A DNA stretch of 64,000 nt from IMG/VR virus record IMGVR_UViG_2902405164_000001, positions 1,012-65,011 of that record, one strand, 5' to 3'. Made by a program: the position numbers and the translations under genes. Origin of the DNA: a virus. Numbering within the stretch: the stretch's first letter is position 1; every line of letters begins with the position of its first letter. Below are positions 24,705 to 33,647 of the stretch, one piece after another. The notes beneath the pieces were generated by a model, which saw only the letters and a program-made list of their open reading frames with translations, searched no databases and had not been told where the DNA came from.

Positions 24705-26896
24705 ACTTCCTTCGCTGGTTCAAGGCCAAGCAGCCCGAACCGACACCGACCGCAACCGCCGCGCAGTCACAGGCGCCGGCAAAGCCTGCCTTTCGCGTCT
24801 CGCATGAGGCCGTCGCGCATTCCCGCGTTCCTCGGACGACATCGCCCGCCGTCAACCCGTTCAAGCCCGCGCAGCACCCCAAGGGCGTTGCCCCGGCTGG
24901 ATTGGCGATGGATGATGCCTTCGGGGCCACGTTCGGCGCCGACTTCGGCTGGTCTGCGGGTGGCTATCAGGATCTCGGTCTGGCCGGTGAGGGGCTGTTC
25001 TTCCTCGGCTACCCCTACCTGACCGAACTCGCCCAGCGCCCTGAGTATCGCCGGATCAGCGAGACCATCGCCACGGAGATGACCCGGAAGTGGATCCGGG
25101 TGACGGCCACGGGTGAGGACGACAAGACTGATCGCATCACGGCGATCAACGCCGCGCTTGAGCGCTTCGGCGTGCGCGACAAATTCCGAGAGATCGCAGA
25201 GCAGGACGGGTTCTTCGGGCGCTCGCACCTGTACGTGGACCTCGGCGCCAGCTTCGATGATGCCGTGGAACTGCGCACCCCGATCGGCGGGAACGCGGCC
25301 AGCACGAAGATCGCCAAGAACTCGCTGAAGGGCTTCCGTGCCGTTGAGGCTGTCTGGTGCTATCCGCAGGGGTACAACACCAGCAACCCGCTCGGCAGCG
25401 ACTGGTACAAGCCGCAGACCTGGACGGTGCTCGGCCGTCCGGTTCACAGCTCGCGTTTGCTGACCTTCGTCGGCCGAGAAGTGCCCGATCTGCTCAAGCC
25501 CGCCTACTCGTTCGGCGGCCTCAGCATGTCGCAGATGGCCAAGCCCTACGTCGATAACTGGTTGAGAACCCGGCAAAGCGTCGCGGACCTGATCTCGTCG
25601 TTCTCGGTGTCGGGCTTCAAGATCAACATGGCCGACCTGCTAGCCTCGGATGCGACCGGCGCGACGCTCGACAATCGCATCGCCCTGTTCATGAACTACC
25701 GGGACAACCGGAATGCGATGGTCCTGAATAAGGCCACCGCGAGCGACCCGGCCGAGGAGTTCTTCAACGTCTCGACCCCGCTCGGCACCCTGGACGTGCT
25801 CCAAGCGCAGACGCAGGAGCATATGGCGGCCGTCAGTGGTATTCCGCTGGTCAAGCTGCTTGGTATCTCTCCCGCTGGCCTGAACGCCAGCAGCGAAGGC
25901 GAAATCCGCACCTTCTACGACATGATCCACTCCTATCAGGAGCGGTTCTATCGCCCGAACCTGCAAGCCGTGCTGGACATCATTCAGCTCAGCGAGTTCG
26001 GCGACGTCGACCCGGACATTCACTTCTCGTTTGAGCCCCTTTGGTCGCTGGACGACAAGGAACTCGCCGAGGTCCGCAAGATCGAAGCCGACACCGACGT
26101 GGTGCTGGTTGAGGGCGGGATCCTCCTCCCCGAAGAAGCCCGCAAGCGGATCGCAGGCGACCCTGATACGATCTATCAGGGTCTGGACCTCACGGTCGAT
26201 ATCGCCCCGCCTCCCGGCGAGAACGATGATCTACCCGAGCCGCCCAAGCCTGGGATCGGCGGCGAGACTGCGCCCGAGGATGATGCGCTAGCCGAAGACG
26301 CTCAGTTCAACGAGGGGGATCATCCCCGCGATGCCAATGGCGAGTTTGCGGCTGGCAATGTTGCAAGCCCGAAGAAGCCAAAGGTGTCGTTCGGATCAAG
26401 CCCGGCGCAGAACATCAAGACCGCCCTAAAATATTTGGACTCAAAGGGCGTTAAGGCCGTTTCGTATGCCGGCAATGAAAAGGGCGTGGGCGCCTCCTAT
26501 TCCCCAACGCAGAATATGATCGGCATTAACAAGAACGCCAAAGTTGGCGGGACTGCGCATCTAAACAAATCCCTGTTTGGAAAGAACGGGGATATGCATT
26601 ATTGGCAGTCTCCTGAGATTTGGGCCACTCAACAGCACTCCTCCGGGTGGACATCTTCGCCGAGCCCTTCGCATGTGCTCGACCACGAGGTCGGACATCA
26701 TAAATACGAGGCTCCGGATAACTGGAAATCCGATGACCATGCAGCACTCGTAAAGAAGCATGTTTCGGAATACGCCTCGAAAAACCCAAACGAGTTCGCT
26801 GCCGAGTACCACGCAGGCACGGAAAACGGGAAAACCTATCCCAAGGAAATACAAGACCTGTTTTCGCATTATGTGAAACCACGCGGAAGCAAGTAG
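24701..26896 (+). CDS. Portal protein (DUF1073 type) fused to C-terminal zincin metallopeptidase-like domain
   Basis: Portal core (ETIATEMTRKW, IPLVKLLGISPAGLNASSEG) then DHPRDANGEF linker, HEVGH and SEYASKNPNEFAAE. Confidence 0.9.
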   Translation: MNFLRWFKAKQPEPTPTATAAQSQAPAKPAFRVSHEAVAHSRVPRTTSPAVNPFKPAQHPKGVAPAGLAMDDAFGATFGADFGWSAGGYQDLGLAGEGLFFLGYPYLTELAQRPEYRRISETIATEMTRKWIRVTATGEDDKTDRITAINAALERFGVRDKFREIAEQDGFFGRSHLYVDLGASFDDAVELRTPIGGNAASTKIAKNSLKGFRAVEAVWCYPQGYNTSNPLGSDWYKPQTWTVLGRPVHSSRLLTFVGREVPDLLKPAYSFGGLSMSQMAKPYVDNWLRTRQSVADLISSFSVSGFKINMADLLASDATGATLDNRIALFMNYRDNRNAMVLNKATASDPAEEFFNVSTPLGTLDVLQAQTQEHMAAVSGIPLVKLLGISPAGLNASSEGEIRTFYDMIHSYQERFYRPNLQAVLDIIQLSEFGDVDPDIHFSFEPLWSLDDKELAEVRKIEADTDVVLVEGGILLPEEARKRIAGDPDTIYQGLDLTVDIAPPPGENDDLPEPPKPGIGGETAPEDDALAEDAQFNEGDHPRDANGEFAAGNVASPKKPKVSFGSSPAQNIKTALKYLDSKGVKAVSYAGNEKGVGASYSPTQNMIGINKNAKVGGTAHLNKSLFGKNGDMHYWQSPEIWATQQHSSGWTSSPSPSHVLDHEVGHHKYEAPDNWKSDDHAALVKKHVSEYASKNPNEFAAEYHAGTENGKTYPKEIQDLFSHYVKPRGSK

Positions 26897-26900
26897 CCTC

Positions 26901-27680
26901 GTGACCTACCATCACCGCTTCGCCCAGGATCGGGCAGGCACATCGGCCCGATCCGCGTTCAAGCGGGCGCTGAAGCTGGAGAGATCCTACGCGCAGCGCC
27001 TTCGCGGCATCGCCCGGCACATCGGCGACATCGTCAAGGGCTTCGCCTGGGAGACACTGGAGGAGATCGCCGCGTCCTCTGAGCCCGCGCAGCGGCTGCT
27101 GCGACGCTACGCCGACACGCTGGACCCTTGGGCCAATGCGGTCGCGCAGAGGATGGTGGCAGAGGTTGCCGCCTCGGATCGCGTGTCCTGGCGCAAGTTG
27201 TCCTCCGACATGGGGCGGCAGCTACACCGGGAGATCGACACGGCGCCGACAGGCGAGGCCATGCGCGCCTCAATGCAGCGTCAGGTGGGCCTCATCAAGT
27301 CGCTACCGCTGGATGCCGCTGAACGGGTCCACAAGCTCACGCAAGAGGGCATCACGCAGGGTCGCAGGGCCGCCGAGATCGCCGACGAGATCATGGCGAG
27401 CGGTGATGTGGCGCGCAGTCGGGCGATGCTCATAGCCCGCACGGAAGTGTCTCGCACTGCGACCGAACTGACCAAGGCGCGGGCCGAGCACATCGGATCC
27501 ACGCACTTTATCTGGCGCACTGCCGGCGACAGCGATGTCCGCTCCACGCACAAGGTGCTGAACGGCAAGACCTTCCGCTGGGATCAGCCGCCCGAGTGCG
27601 ATCCCGGCCACCATGCGCTGCCCGGCGGCATCTGGAATTGCCGGTGCTACCCAGAAGTGGTGGTGCCTGACCTCGACTGA
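26901..27680 (+). CDS. Head morphogenesis protein (SPP1 gp7/MuF), short form
   Basis: RAMLIARTE, FIWRTAGDSDVRSTH...G..WNCRC. Confidence 0.93.
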   Translation: MTYHHRFAQDRAGTSARSAFKRALKLERSYAQRLRGIARHIGDIVKGFAWETLEEIAASSEPAQRLLRRYADTLDPWANAVAQRMVAEVAASDRVSWRKLSSDMGRQLHREIDTAPTGEAMRASMQRQVGLIKSLPLDAAERVHKLTQEGITQGRRAAEIADEIMASGDVARSRAMLIARTEVSRTATELTKARAEHIGSTHFIWRTAGDSDVRSTHKVLNGKTFRWDQPPECDPGHHALPGGIWNCRCYPEVVVPDLD

Positions 27681-27686
27681 GGCGCT

Positions 27687-29108
27687 ATGCCCCCTGCCAA
27701 CACCTTCACGGTGATCGCGTTTGACCGGGCGTCTTCTCGCTCGTTCGACGCGCTCTCCGGTCACCTCCACGTCAAGCTGACCAACATCAGCAAGGCCACG
27801 GTCAACCCCTACCTCGGGCGCGAGATCAACGGCGCCGACGAGATGGGGCTGGATCCCGAGCGCATCTACATGCTGCTCCGGCACCCCGACGAGTTGGCGA
27901 AGGCCGCGCAGAGCTTTGACGGCAAGCCGCTCCTTGAAATTCACAAGCCGATGTTTGCTGCCGATCACGACCACGCGGTTACGGTCGGATCGGTCAGCGG
28001 TGTCGTCTATGACCACCCATATCTCAAAGCTAATCTTGCAGTCTGGTCCGACAAAGCCATCAAGGCAATTGAAGACGAGACGCAAAAAGAGTTGTCGTGC
28101 GGCTACGGCTACACGGCGGACATGACGTCCGGAACTTATGAGGGCGTCCGATATGACGGGATCATGCGGAATATCCGCGGGAACCACGTCAGTTTAGTGG
28201 CTGAAGGTCGTGCGGGCAAAGACGTTGTTGTCGGCGACTCCTTGGAGAATATCACGATGGCAAAGCACGCTTTGTCGGGTGCGGCTGCACAGACGCAGGG
28301 CGCGCTCGCTGTCTATCTCATGGGCAAGCTGGCCGCCGACGCGAAGGTTGACCTTCGCCCTGCGGTGACCGGCCTGACCACCAAGAACTTCAAGGCGCGT
28401 CAGGGCAAGCTCGCCCATGACGTGAAGAAGCTGACCACCGGCAAACTCGCTGCCGACGCCAGCATCGACGACGTGGCCGAGGTGATCGAGGCCCTGTCCG
28501 AGATCCTCCCCGAGGAGGTGCCGGAAGTCGTCGAGGAGATGGGCGGCACCGAGGAAGAGACCGGCGTCACCACCGACGAGGACGGCGACGACGACATCGC
28601 CGCCAAGCTGGCTGCGGCTGGCGTGCCCGAGGCGATCATCGCCAAGGTCATGGGCGAGATGAACGATCCGGCCCCGGCGATGGACGCCGACAAGGACGAC
28701 AAGAAGATCGACGACGACAAGAAGGACAAGCCCGCGATGGATCGCAACACCGTCACCACGCAGGCGATGGATGCTGCCATCCGTTCTGCTGTCAACGCCG
28801 CGGAGAAGCGCGCAACCGAGCGCGTGCTTCGTACCCAGCAGGAGATCCGTGATGCCGAGCGGGCTGTGCGCTCGCGTGCCGGCGACGTGATCCACGCCAA
28901 CGACAGCGCCGCGAGCGTCTACCGTGCCGCGCTCACCAACATGGGCGTCGATCACTCTGAGGTTCCGGACACGGGCGTCCGCGCTCTGTTCAACGCCATT
29001 CCTGAAGCCACGCCCCAGCGCTCCAAGCCGGTTCTGGTCGCCCAGGATGCCGCCGCGTCGAAGGAATTTGACGCGATGTTCCCCCACGCCAACCGGCTCA
29101 AGAACTGA
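27687..29108 (+). CDS. DUF2213 prohead protease/scaffold
   Basis: ISKATVNPYLGREI, ELSCGY, NHVSLV..GRAG; acidic C-terminus. Confidence 0.9.
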   Translation: MPPANTFTVIAFDRASSRSFDALSGHLHVKLTNISKATVNPYLGREINGADEMGLDPERIYMLLRHPDELAKAAQSFDGKPLLEIHKPMFAADHDHAVTVGSVSGVVYDHPYLKANLAVWSDKAIKAIEDETQKELSCGYGYTADMTSGTYEGVRYDGIMRNIRGNHVSLVAEGRAGKDVVVGDSLENITMAKHALSGAAAQTQGALAVYLMGKLAADAKVDLRPAVTGLTTKNFKARQGKLAHDVKKLTTGKLAADASIDDVAEVIEALSEILPEEVPEVVEEMGGTEEETGVTTDEDGDDDIAAKLAAAGVPEAIIAKVMGEMNDPAPAMDADKDDKKIDDDKKDKPAMDRNTVTTQAMDAAIRSAVNAAEKRATERVLRTQQEIRDAERAVRSRAGDVIHANDSAASVYRAALTNMGVDHSEVPDTGVRALFNAIPEATPQRSKPVLVAQDAAASKEFDAMFPHANRLKN

Positions 29109-29122
29109 GGGGCTAGACCGCT

Positions 29123-29629
29123 ATGGTTGCTACTTTCCAGACCTCCACTCAGGTCACGCAGGCCCCCGCAGTCGCGGGTGACTTCGCGTCGGCCAACCCG
29201 CGGCACTCGCTGCTGTCGGTTCCCGGTGGCTTCGTCGCCGATCTGACCAACGGCCTGACCGTTGGCCTGTTCGCGTGGGCCGATACTTCCACCGGCACGA
29301 TCCTGTCGAATGCCGGCACGGGCGTCCCGTCGTGCTTCGTGCATCGCGAGCTGAATGCGGACTTCTACCCGCAGGCGGCCGGCTTCGGCATGACCATCAT
29401 GCCGGGCAAGTACGTCGGCGAGATGTTCAGCTCGGGCGACTTCTTCGCCAAGAATGCCGGCGCTGGCGCCGTCACCAAGGGCATGAAGGCCTACGCCAAC
29501 AACACCAACGGCACCGTGTCGTTCGCCGCAACCGGCGCGACCGTGGCCGGGTCCACTGAGACCAAATGGTACGCCCACACCGCTGCGGCGGCCGGCGAAC
29601 TCGTCAAGATCTCCACGACCATTCCGTAA
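29123..29629 (+). CDS. Head decoration/cement protein
   Basis: AVAGDFASANP; position before capsid gene. Confidence 0.75.
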   Translation: MVATFQTSTQVTQAPAVAGDFASANPRHSLLSVPGGFVADLTNGLTVGLFAWADTSTGTILSNAGTGVPSCFVHRELNADFYPQAAGFGMTIMPGKYVGEMFSSGDFFAKNAGAGAVTKGMKAYANNTNGTVSFAATGATVAGSTETKWYAHTAAAAGELVKISTTIP

Positions 29630-29650
29630 TTCGGGCAGAGGAGCCGCATT

Positions 29651-30691
29651 ATGAAGCTAGAGGCCCATCGTGCCCGACTCGAAGAGTTTGGCATTCACGT
29701 CATGGCGCAGGATTTCCTGCCCCGTGAGTTCCGGCATAACTACAATCTCGCGCTCGACGCTCAGCCCACGCTGGTGACGACGCCGAACGCCGGCATCCCC
29801 GCGTTCCTGACCCAGTATGTGGACCCGGAAGTGGTTCGCATCCTGCAGTCCCCGAACGAGGGCGCCGACATCCTCGGCGAGCGCAAGAACGGCGACTGGA
29901 CCACCCAGACTGCCTTCTTCTCGGTCATCGAGAACACGGGCGAGATTTCGTCCTATGGTGACTGGAACAACAACGGCGTTTCCAATGTGAACGCCAACTG
30001 GCCGCAGCGTCAGTCGTATCTGTACCAGACCATCATCGAGTACGGCGATCTTCAGATCGAGCGCGCCGGCCTCGCCAAGCTGAACTGGGTTGCCGAGCTT
30101 CAGACCTCGGCCGCCTCGACCATGGATAAGTTCCAGGACTACACCTACCACTTCGGTGTGGCCGGGATGCAGAACTATGGTCTGCTGAACGACCCGTCTC
30201 TGTCGGCCGCGCTCACCCCGAGCGCCAAGGCTGCCGGCGGCAACCGCTGGGTCACGACCGGCGGTGCTCCGGTGGCGACGGCCAACGAAGTCTACGCCGA
30301 CTTCCAGACCCTGTTCTCGCAGCTCGTGGCTCAGACCGCGGGCCGCGTGAAGATGACCGACCCGCTGGTTCTGGTCGTCTCGCCGGGCTCTCAGGTCGGC
30401 CTCTCGGCGGTGAACTCGTTCGGCGTCGGCGTGTACGACCTGCTGAAGAAGAACTTCCCCAATCTGGAGGTTAAGGTCAGCTATCGGTACGCCACCCAGG
30501 CCGGCAACGTCGTCCAGCTTTGGGCGCGCAGCTACGGCGGCCAGGACACCGGCTACTGCGCCTTCAATGAGAAGATGCGGGATCACGGCATCGTCCGTCA
30601 GCTCTCGGCCTACGCTCAGAAGAAGACCGGCGGCACTTGGGGTGCAATCATTCGCTACCCGCTCGCCGTCGCTCAGATGATCGGGGTCTGA
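29651..30691 (+). CDS. Major capsid protein (DUF2184 type)
   Basis: SSYGDWNNNG, GVAGMQNYGLLNDP, GAIIRYPLA. Confidence 0.93.
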   Translation: MKLEAHRARLEEFGIHVMAQDFLPREFRHNYNLALDAQPTLVTTPNAGIPAFLTQYVDPEVVRILQSPNEGADILGERKNGDWTTQTAFFSVIENTGEISSYGDWNNNGVSNVNANWPQRQSYLYQTIIEYGDLQIERAGLAKLNWVAELQTSAASTMDKFQDYTYHFGVAGMQNYGLLNDPSLSAALTPSAKAAGGNRWVTTGGAPVATANEVYADFQTLFSQLVAQTAGRVKMTDPLVLVVSPGSQVGLSAVNSFGVGVYDLLKKNFPNLEVKVSYRYATQAGNVVQLWARSYGGQDTGYCAFNEKMRDHGIVRQLSAYAQKKTGGTWGAIIRYPLAVAQMIGV

Positions 30692-30693
30692 GC

Positions 30694-31128
30694 ATGCCGG
30701 GCACCGTCACCGTCGCCTGCAAGCTCCCGCACGGTCTCGTGCTTCAGGAGCAGCGCATGACCAAGCGGACTGAGCCCGTCATGGGTGGCGGCTACCGCGA
30801 GTTCGAGCAGGCCGAGCGCTTCGGCAAGAAGATCATGCTGGCCGGGTCCGCCCGGCCGGTGAACCCGGAAGGCGAAGTCGAGTTCGCGCCGATGGTCGGG
30901 GGCTACGGCCTCACGCCCAACGTGGACAAGGACTTCTTCGAGCGCTGGCTTGCCCAGAACGCCGAACTCGACGCGGTCAAGAACGGCTTCATCTTCGCGG
31001 CCGAGCGTGACGACACCGTCAAGGGGCGCGCTCGTGAGGGCAAGGCGGGGCCTTGCGGCTTGGAGCCGATCAACCCCCGCAACCTGCCGGCTGAGTTTCA
31101 GGCGGTGAAGCCCGACGAGAGGAGATAA
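30694..31128 (+). CDS. Conserved virion protein after capsid gene
   Basis: VTVACKLPHGL...GYGLT.NVDKDFFERW. Confidence 0.75.
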   Translation: MPGTVTVACKLPHGLVLQEQRMTKRTEPVMGGGYREFEQAERFGKKIMLAGSARPVNPEGEVEFAPMVGGYGLTPNVDKDFFERWLAQNAELDAVKNGFIFAAERDDTVKGRAREGKAGPCGLEPINPRNLPAEFQAVKPDERR

Positions 31129-31132
31129 CGCC

Positions 31133-31588
31133 ATGGCGAAGGCCAAAACGATCAAGATCGCAAGCCGCCTGCACACGGCGGTCACTCTCGGCGGCCAGCC
31201 TGTCAACCCGGAGCGTCCCGGCGAGGGTGAGCCGTCGCCGAGCTTCACGCTCGCTGGCGCTGACCATCCCGGTCAGGAGACCATCTCTGAGATCGATGCC
31301 GAGGCGTTCGGCGCCTGGAAGAAGGCCAACGACAGCCATCCGTGGCTTCGCGACGAGATGGTGCGTGAGGTGCCGGACGACTACGAGTCGCCGGCCATGT
31401 CGTTCGGCCACGAGCCGGCCCTGGAAGCCCTGTCGTCCGACAAGGACAACAGCAAGCTCGCCAAGGAAGGCACGGGCGAGGATCAGTCGAACCCGGTTCC
31501 GGCCGAGGAGATGGCTGCCACCTCCGACACGCCCAACGACGACTCGCCCCGCTCCCAGGTCGGTCGCCGCGGTCGTAGCGCGTCCTAA
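31133..31588 (+). CDS. Hypothetical acidic protein, distant paralog-like of preceding gene
   Basis: IKIASRLHT...IDAEAFGAWKKAN. Confidence 0.65.
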   Translation: MAKAKTIKIASRLHTAVTLGGQPVNPERPGEGEPSPSFTLAGADHPGQETISEIDAEAFGAWKKANDSHPWLRDEMVREVPDDYESPAMSFGHEPALEALSSDKDNSKLAKEGTGEDQSNPVPAEEMAATSDTPNDDSPRSQVGRRGRSAS

Positions 31589-31591
31589 GCC

Positions 31592-32023
31592 GTGACCATC
31601 ACCCGCGCCGATCTGCTTGTCGCCTTTCCAGAACTCGCCACGTTCCCCGCAACGCAGGTGGATTTCTGGATTGGCGAGGCTGTGAACCAGCTTAGCTCGG
31701 CGCGGTTCGGCATGTCCTACGATCTCGCGTGCATGCTGTACGTGGCGCATCAGCTTAGCCTGTCGGCCGCGGTCACGAGCGCGGTCGCCTCAGGCGGGTC
31801 AGCCACAAGCGTCAGCCTCGCCCCGGTCACGTCAAAGTCGGTTGGCCCCGTGTCCAAAAGCATGGATGCCGGCCTGACGAGCTTCGCGGGAGCCGGGGAC
31901 TGGAACGCGACCCCCTACGGCGTGCGCTTCTACGGCCTCCTGAAGCGCTTCGCGGTCGGTCCGGTGTACCGAGTAGCCCCGAAGGCCGTTGCGGGCCTGT
32001 ACGGCTTCCGCAGGCTGTTCTGA
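31592..32023 (+). CDS. Head-tail adaptor (DUF4054-like)
   Basis: FPEL...LYVAHQL...SKSVGPVS...WNATPYG. Confidence 0.85.
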   Translation: MTITRADLLVAFPELATFPATQVDFWIGEAVNQLSSARFGMSYDLACMLYVAHQLSLSAAVTSAVASGGSATSVSLAPVTSKSVGPVSKSMDAGLTSFAGAGDWNATPYGVRFYGLLKRFAVGPVYRVAPKAVAGLYGFRRLF

Positions 32024-32026
32024 GCC

Positions 32027-32527
32027 ATGCCCGTCGTCGTCGTGAAGAACGATCTTGGCCTGATTGCCAAAGGCGTGCTTGCCCTCACCAAGAGCCAGTT
32101 GCTGATCGGCATCCCGGCTAGCGCGCCGGCTCGGCAGCCTGAGGAAGGCGACGAGACGCCGCCGAGCAACGCCGTGATCGGCTACATTCAAGAGACGGGA
32201 GCACCGGACCAGAACCTGCCGGCTCGCCCGTTCCTTGTGCCGGCTGTTCAAGGCCTCGCACCTGAGATTGGCGCGCGGCTCCGCAAGGCGGGCAAAGCAG
32301 CCCTGTTTGGTGGCGGCGCTGCTGCTGTCGATCAGGCCTACAACGCCATCGGGCTCATTGCTCAGAACGCGGTGCGGGCTCGGATCACGGACGGCGATTT
32401 CGCACCGCTCGCCAAGCGAACCCTTGAGGCCCGTAAGGCGCGGGGTCGGACAGGCGAGAAGCCCCTTATCGACACCGGGCAATTACGCGCCAGCGTGACC
32501 TATGTGATCAAGCAGAAGGGATCGTGA
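32027..32527 (+). CDS. Neck/tail completion protein
   Basis: PARPFL, KPLIDTGQLRASVTY. Confidence 0.85.
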   Translation: MPVVVVKNDLGLIAKGVLALTKSQLLIGIPASAPARQPEEGDETPPSNAVIGYIQETGAPDQNLPARPFLVPAVQGLAPEIGARLRKAGKAALFGGGAAAVDQAYNAIGLIAQNAVRARITDGDFAPLAKRTLEARKARGRTGEKPLIDTGQLRASVTYVIKQKGS

Positions 32528-32980
32528 ATGCCCTTCTATGCCGGCCAGGATGTCACTGACGCTCTGGACGATCCCGACTTCAACGCGCCGATCACGGTGC
32601 TGTCGTCCACCGTCGTTGTGGGGGCGGGTGGTATCGCATCTGTCACCACGAGGACGCCCGGCGGCGTGATGACCCTAGCTGTGGTCGTACCCAACACGGG
32701 CTACGTGCTGATCCAGGATGATGCCGGGAACAGCGTTCAGGGCGACATCGACATCTACACCCGCTACCCGCTCAGCACGGGCGGCAAGACCCGCGATGCC
32801 GACGTGATCATCTGGAACGACGACACATACCGGCTGATCGTCGCCAAGCCCTTCCTGTACGGCCCCGGCTTCACGCATGCGGTTGGCAAGCTGGCGACAG
32901 TAAACGCCAACGATCCGCCGGACGGGTCGGGATCGCAGACGCCCTCCACCCCGACAGATGGCGGGGGCTTCCTTGGCTAG
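32528..32980 (+). CDS. Head-closure protein
   Basis: DVTDALDDPDF...DVIIWN..Y; position. Confidence 0.7.
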   Translation: MPFYAGQDVTDALDDPDFNAPITVLSSTVVVGAGGIASVTTRTPGGVMTLAVVVPNTGYVLIQDDAGNSVQGDIDIYTRYPLSTGGKTRDADVIIWNDDTYRLIVAKPFLYGPGFTHAVGKLATVNANDPPDGSGSQTPSTPTDGGGFLG

Positions 32981-33581
32981 CCCGAACACTTCGGCCACGG
33001 GCGGCTATCTCGGCCCGGTCTCCGCTGAGCCGCTTGACGACCTAGCCCTAGACAGTGCCATCGCTGGCGTGATCGCGGGCATCACCGGGTTGGCTGCGGC
33101 GCTCGTCATCCCACGGGATCAGCCCTCGCAGCCGCGCATCCCCGACGTCACCACCAACTGGGTTTCGGTTGGCGTCACGGTCTCTACTGGCGACGACACG
33201 CCTTCCCAGATCCACCACCCTGACGGCGATGGCTACACCATCCTGCGGGCTTTCTACCGCCTCGACGTGATGGCGATGTTCTACGGCCCCAAGAGCGACG
33301 GGTACGCGAAGCTCCTGCGGGACGGCCTGTTCATCGGGCAGAACCGAGAGGCGATGCGAGCGCAGAGCCTCAACTTCGTCTCCGTTGACCCGCTTCGGCG
33401 CGTCCCGGAGATCGTCGCCACGCAGACGCGGCGCCGCACAGACCTCGCCTTTCGCCTGACGCAGACCGTCGAGCGCAAGTATCAGATCCTCAACGTCCTC
33501 CAGGCGGACGGCACCATCCGGGCCGACGCCTCCGGCAAGATCGAGCTTACGCCGTTCTTGTCGCCGCTCCCGCCGGCCTGA
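32958..33581 (+). CDS. Tail terminator/neck protein
   Basis: FYGP...LRDGLFIGQNRE; position before sheath. Confidence 0.7.
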   Translation: MAGASLASPNTSATGGYLGPVSAEPLDDLALDSAIAGVIAGITGLAAALVIPRDQPSQPRIPDVTTNWVSVGVTVSTGDDTPSQIHHPDGDGYTILRAFYRLDVMAMFYGPKSDGYAKLLRDGLFIGQNREAMRAQSLNFVSVDPLRRVPEIVATQTRRRTDLAFRLTQTVERKYQILNVLQADGTIRADASGKIELTPFLSPLPPA

Positions 33582-33647
33582 CGCCTCTACCCGCGTCCTT
33601 CAACCCCCGCACCTCTCACTAGGGACGCCGTTCGTCGGCGCTTTGCC

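Noticed and set aside
28540-28740. GAC/AAG-rich repeats
   Set aside because: Encode the acidic and lysine-rich scaffold linker
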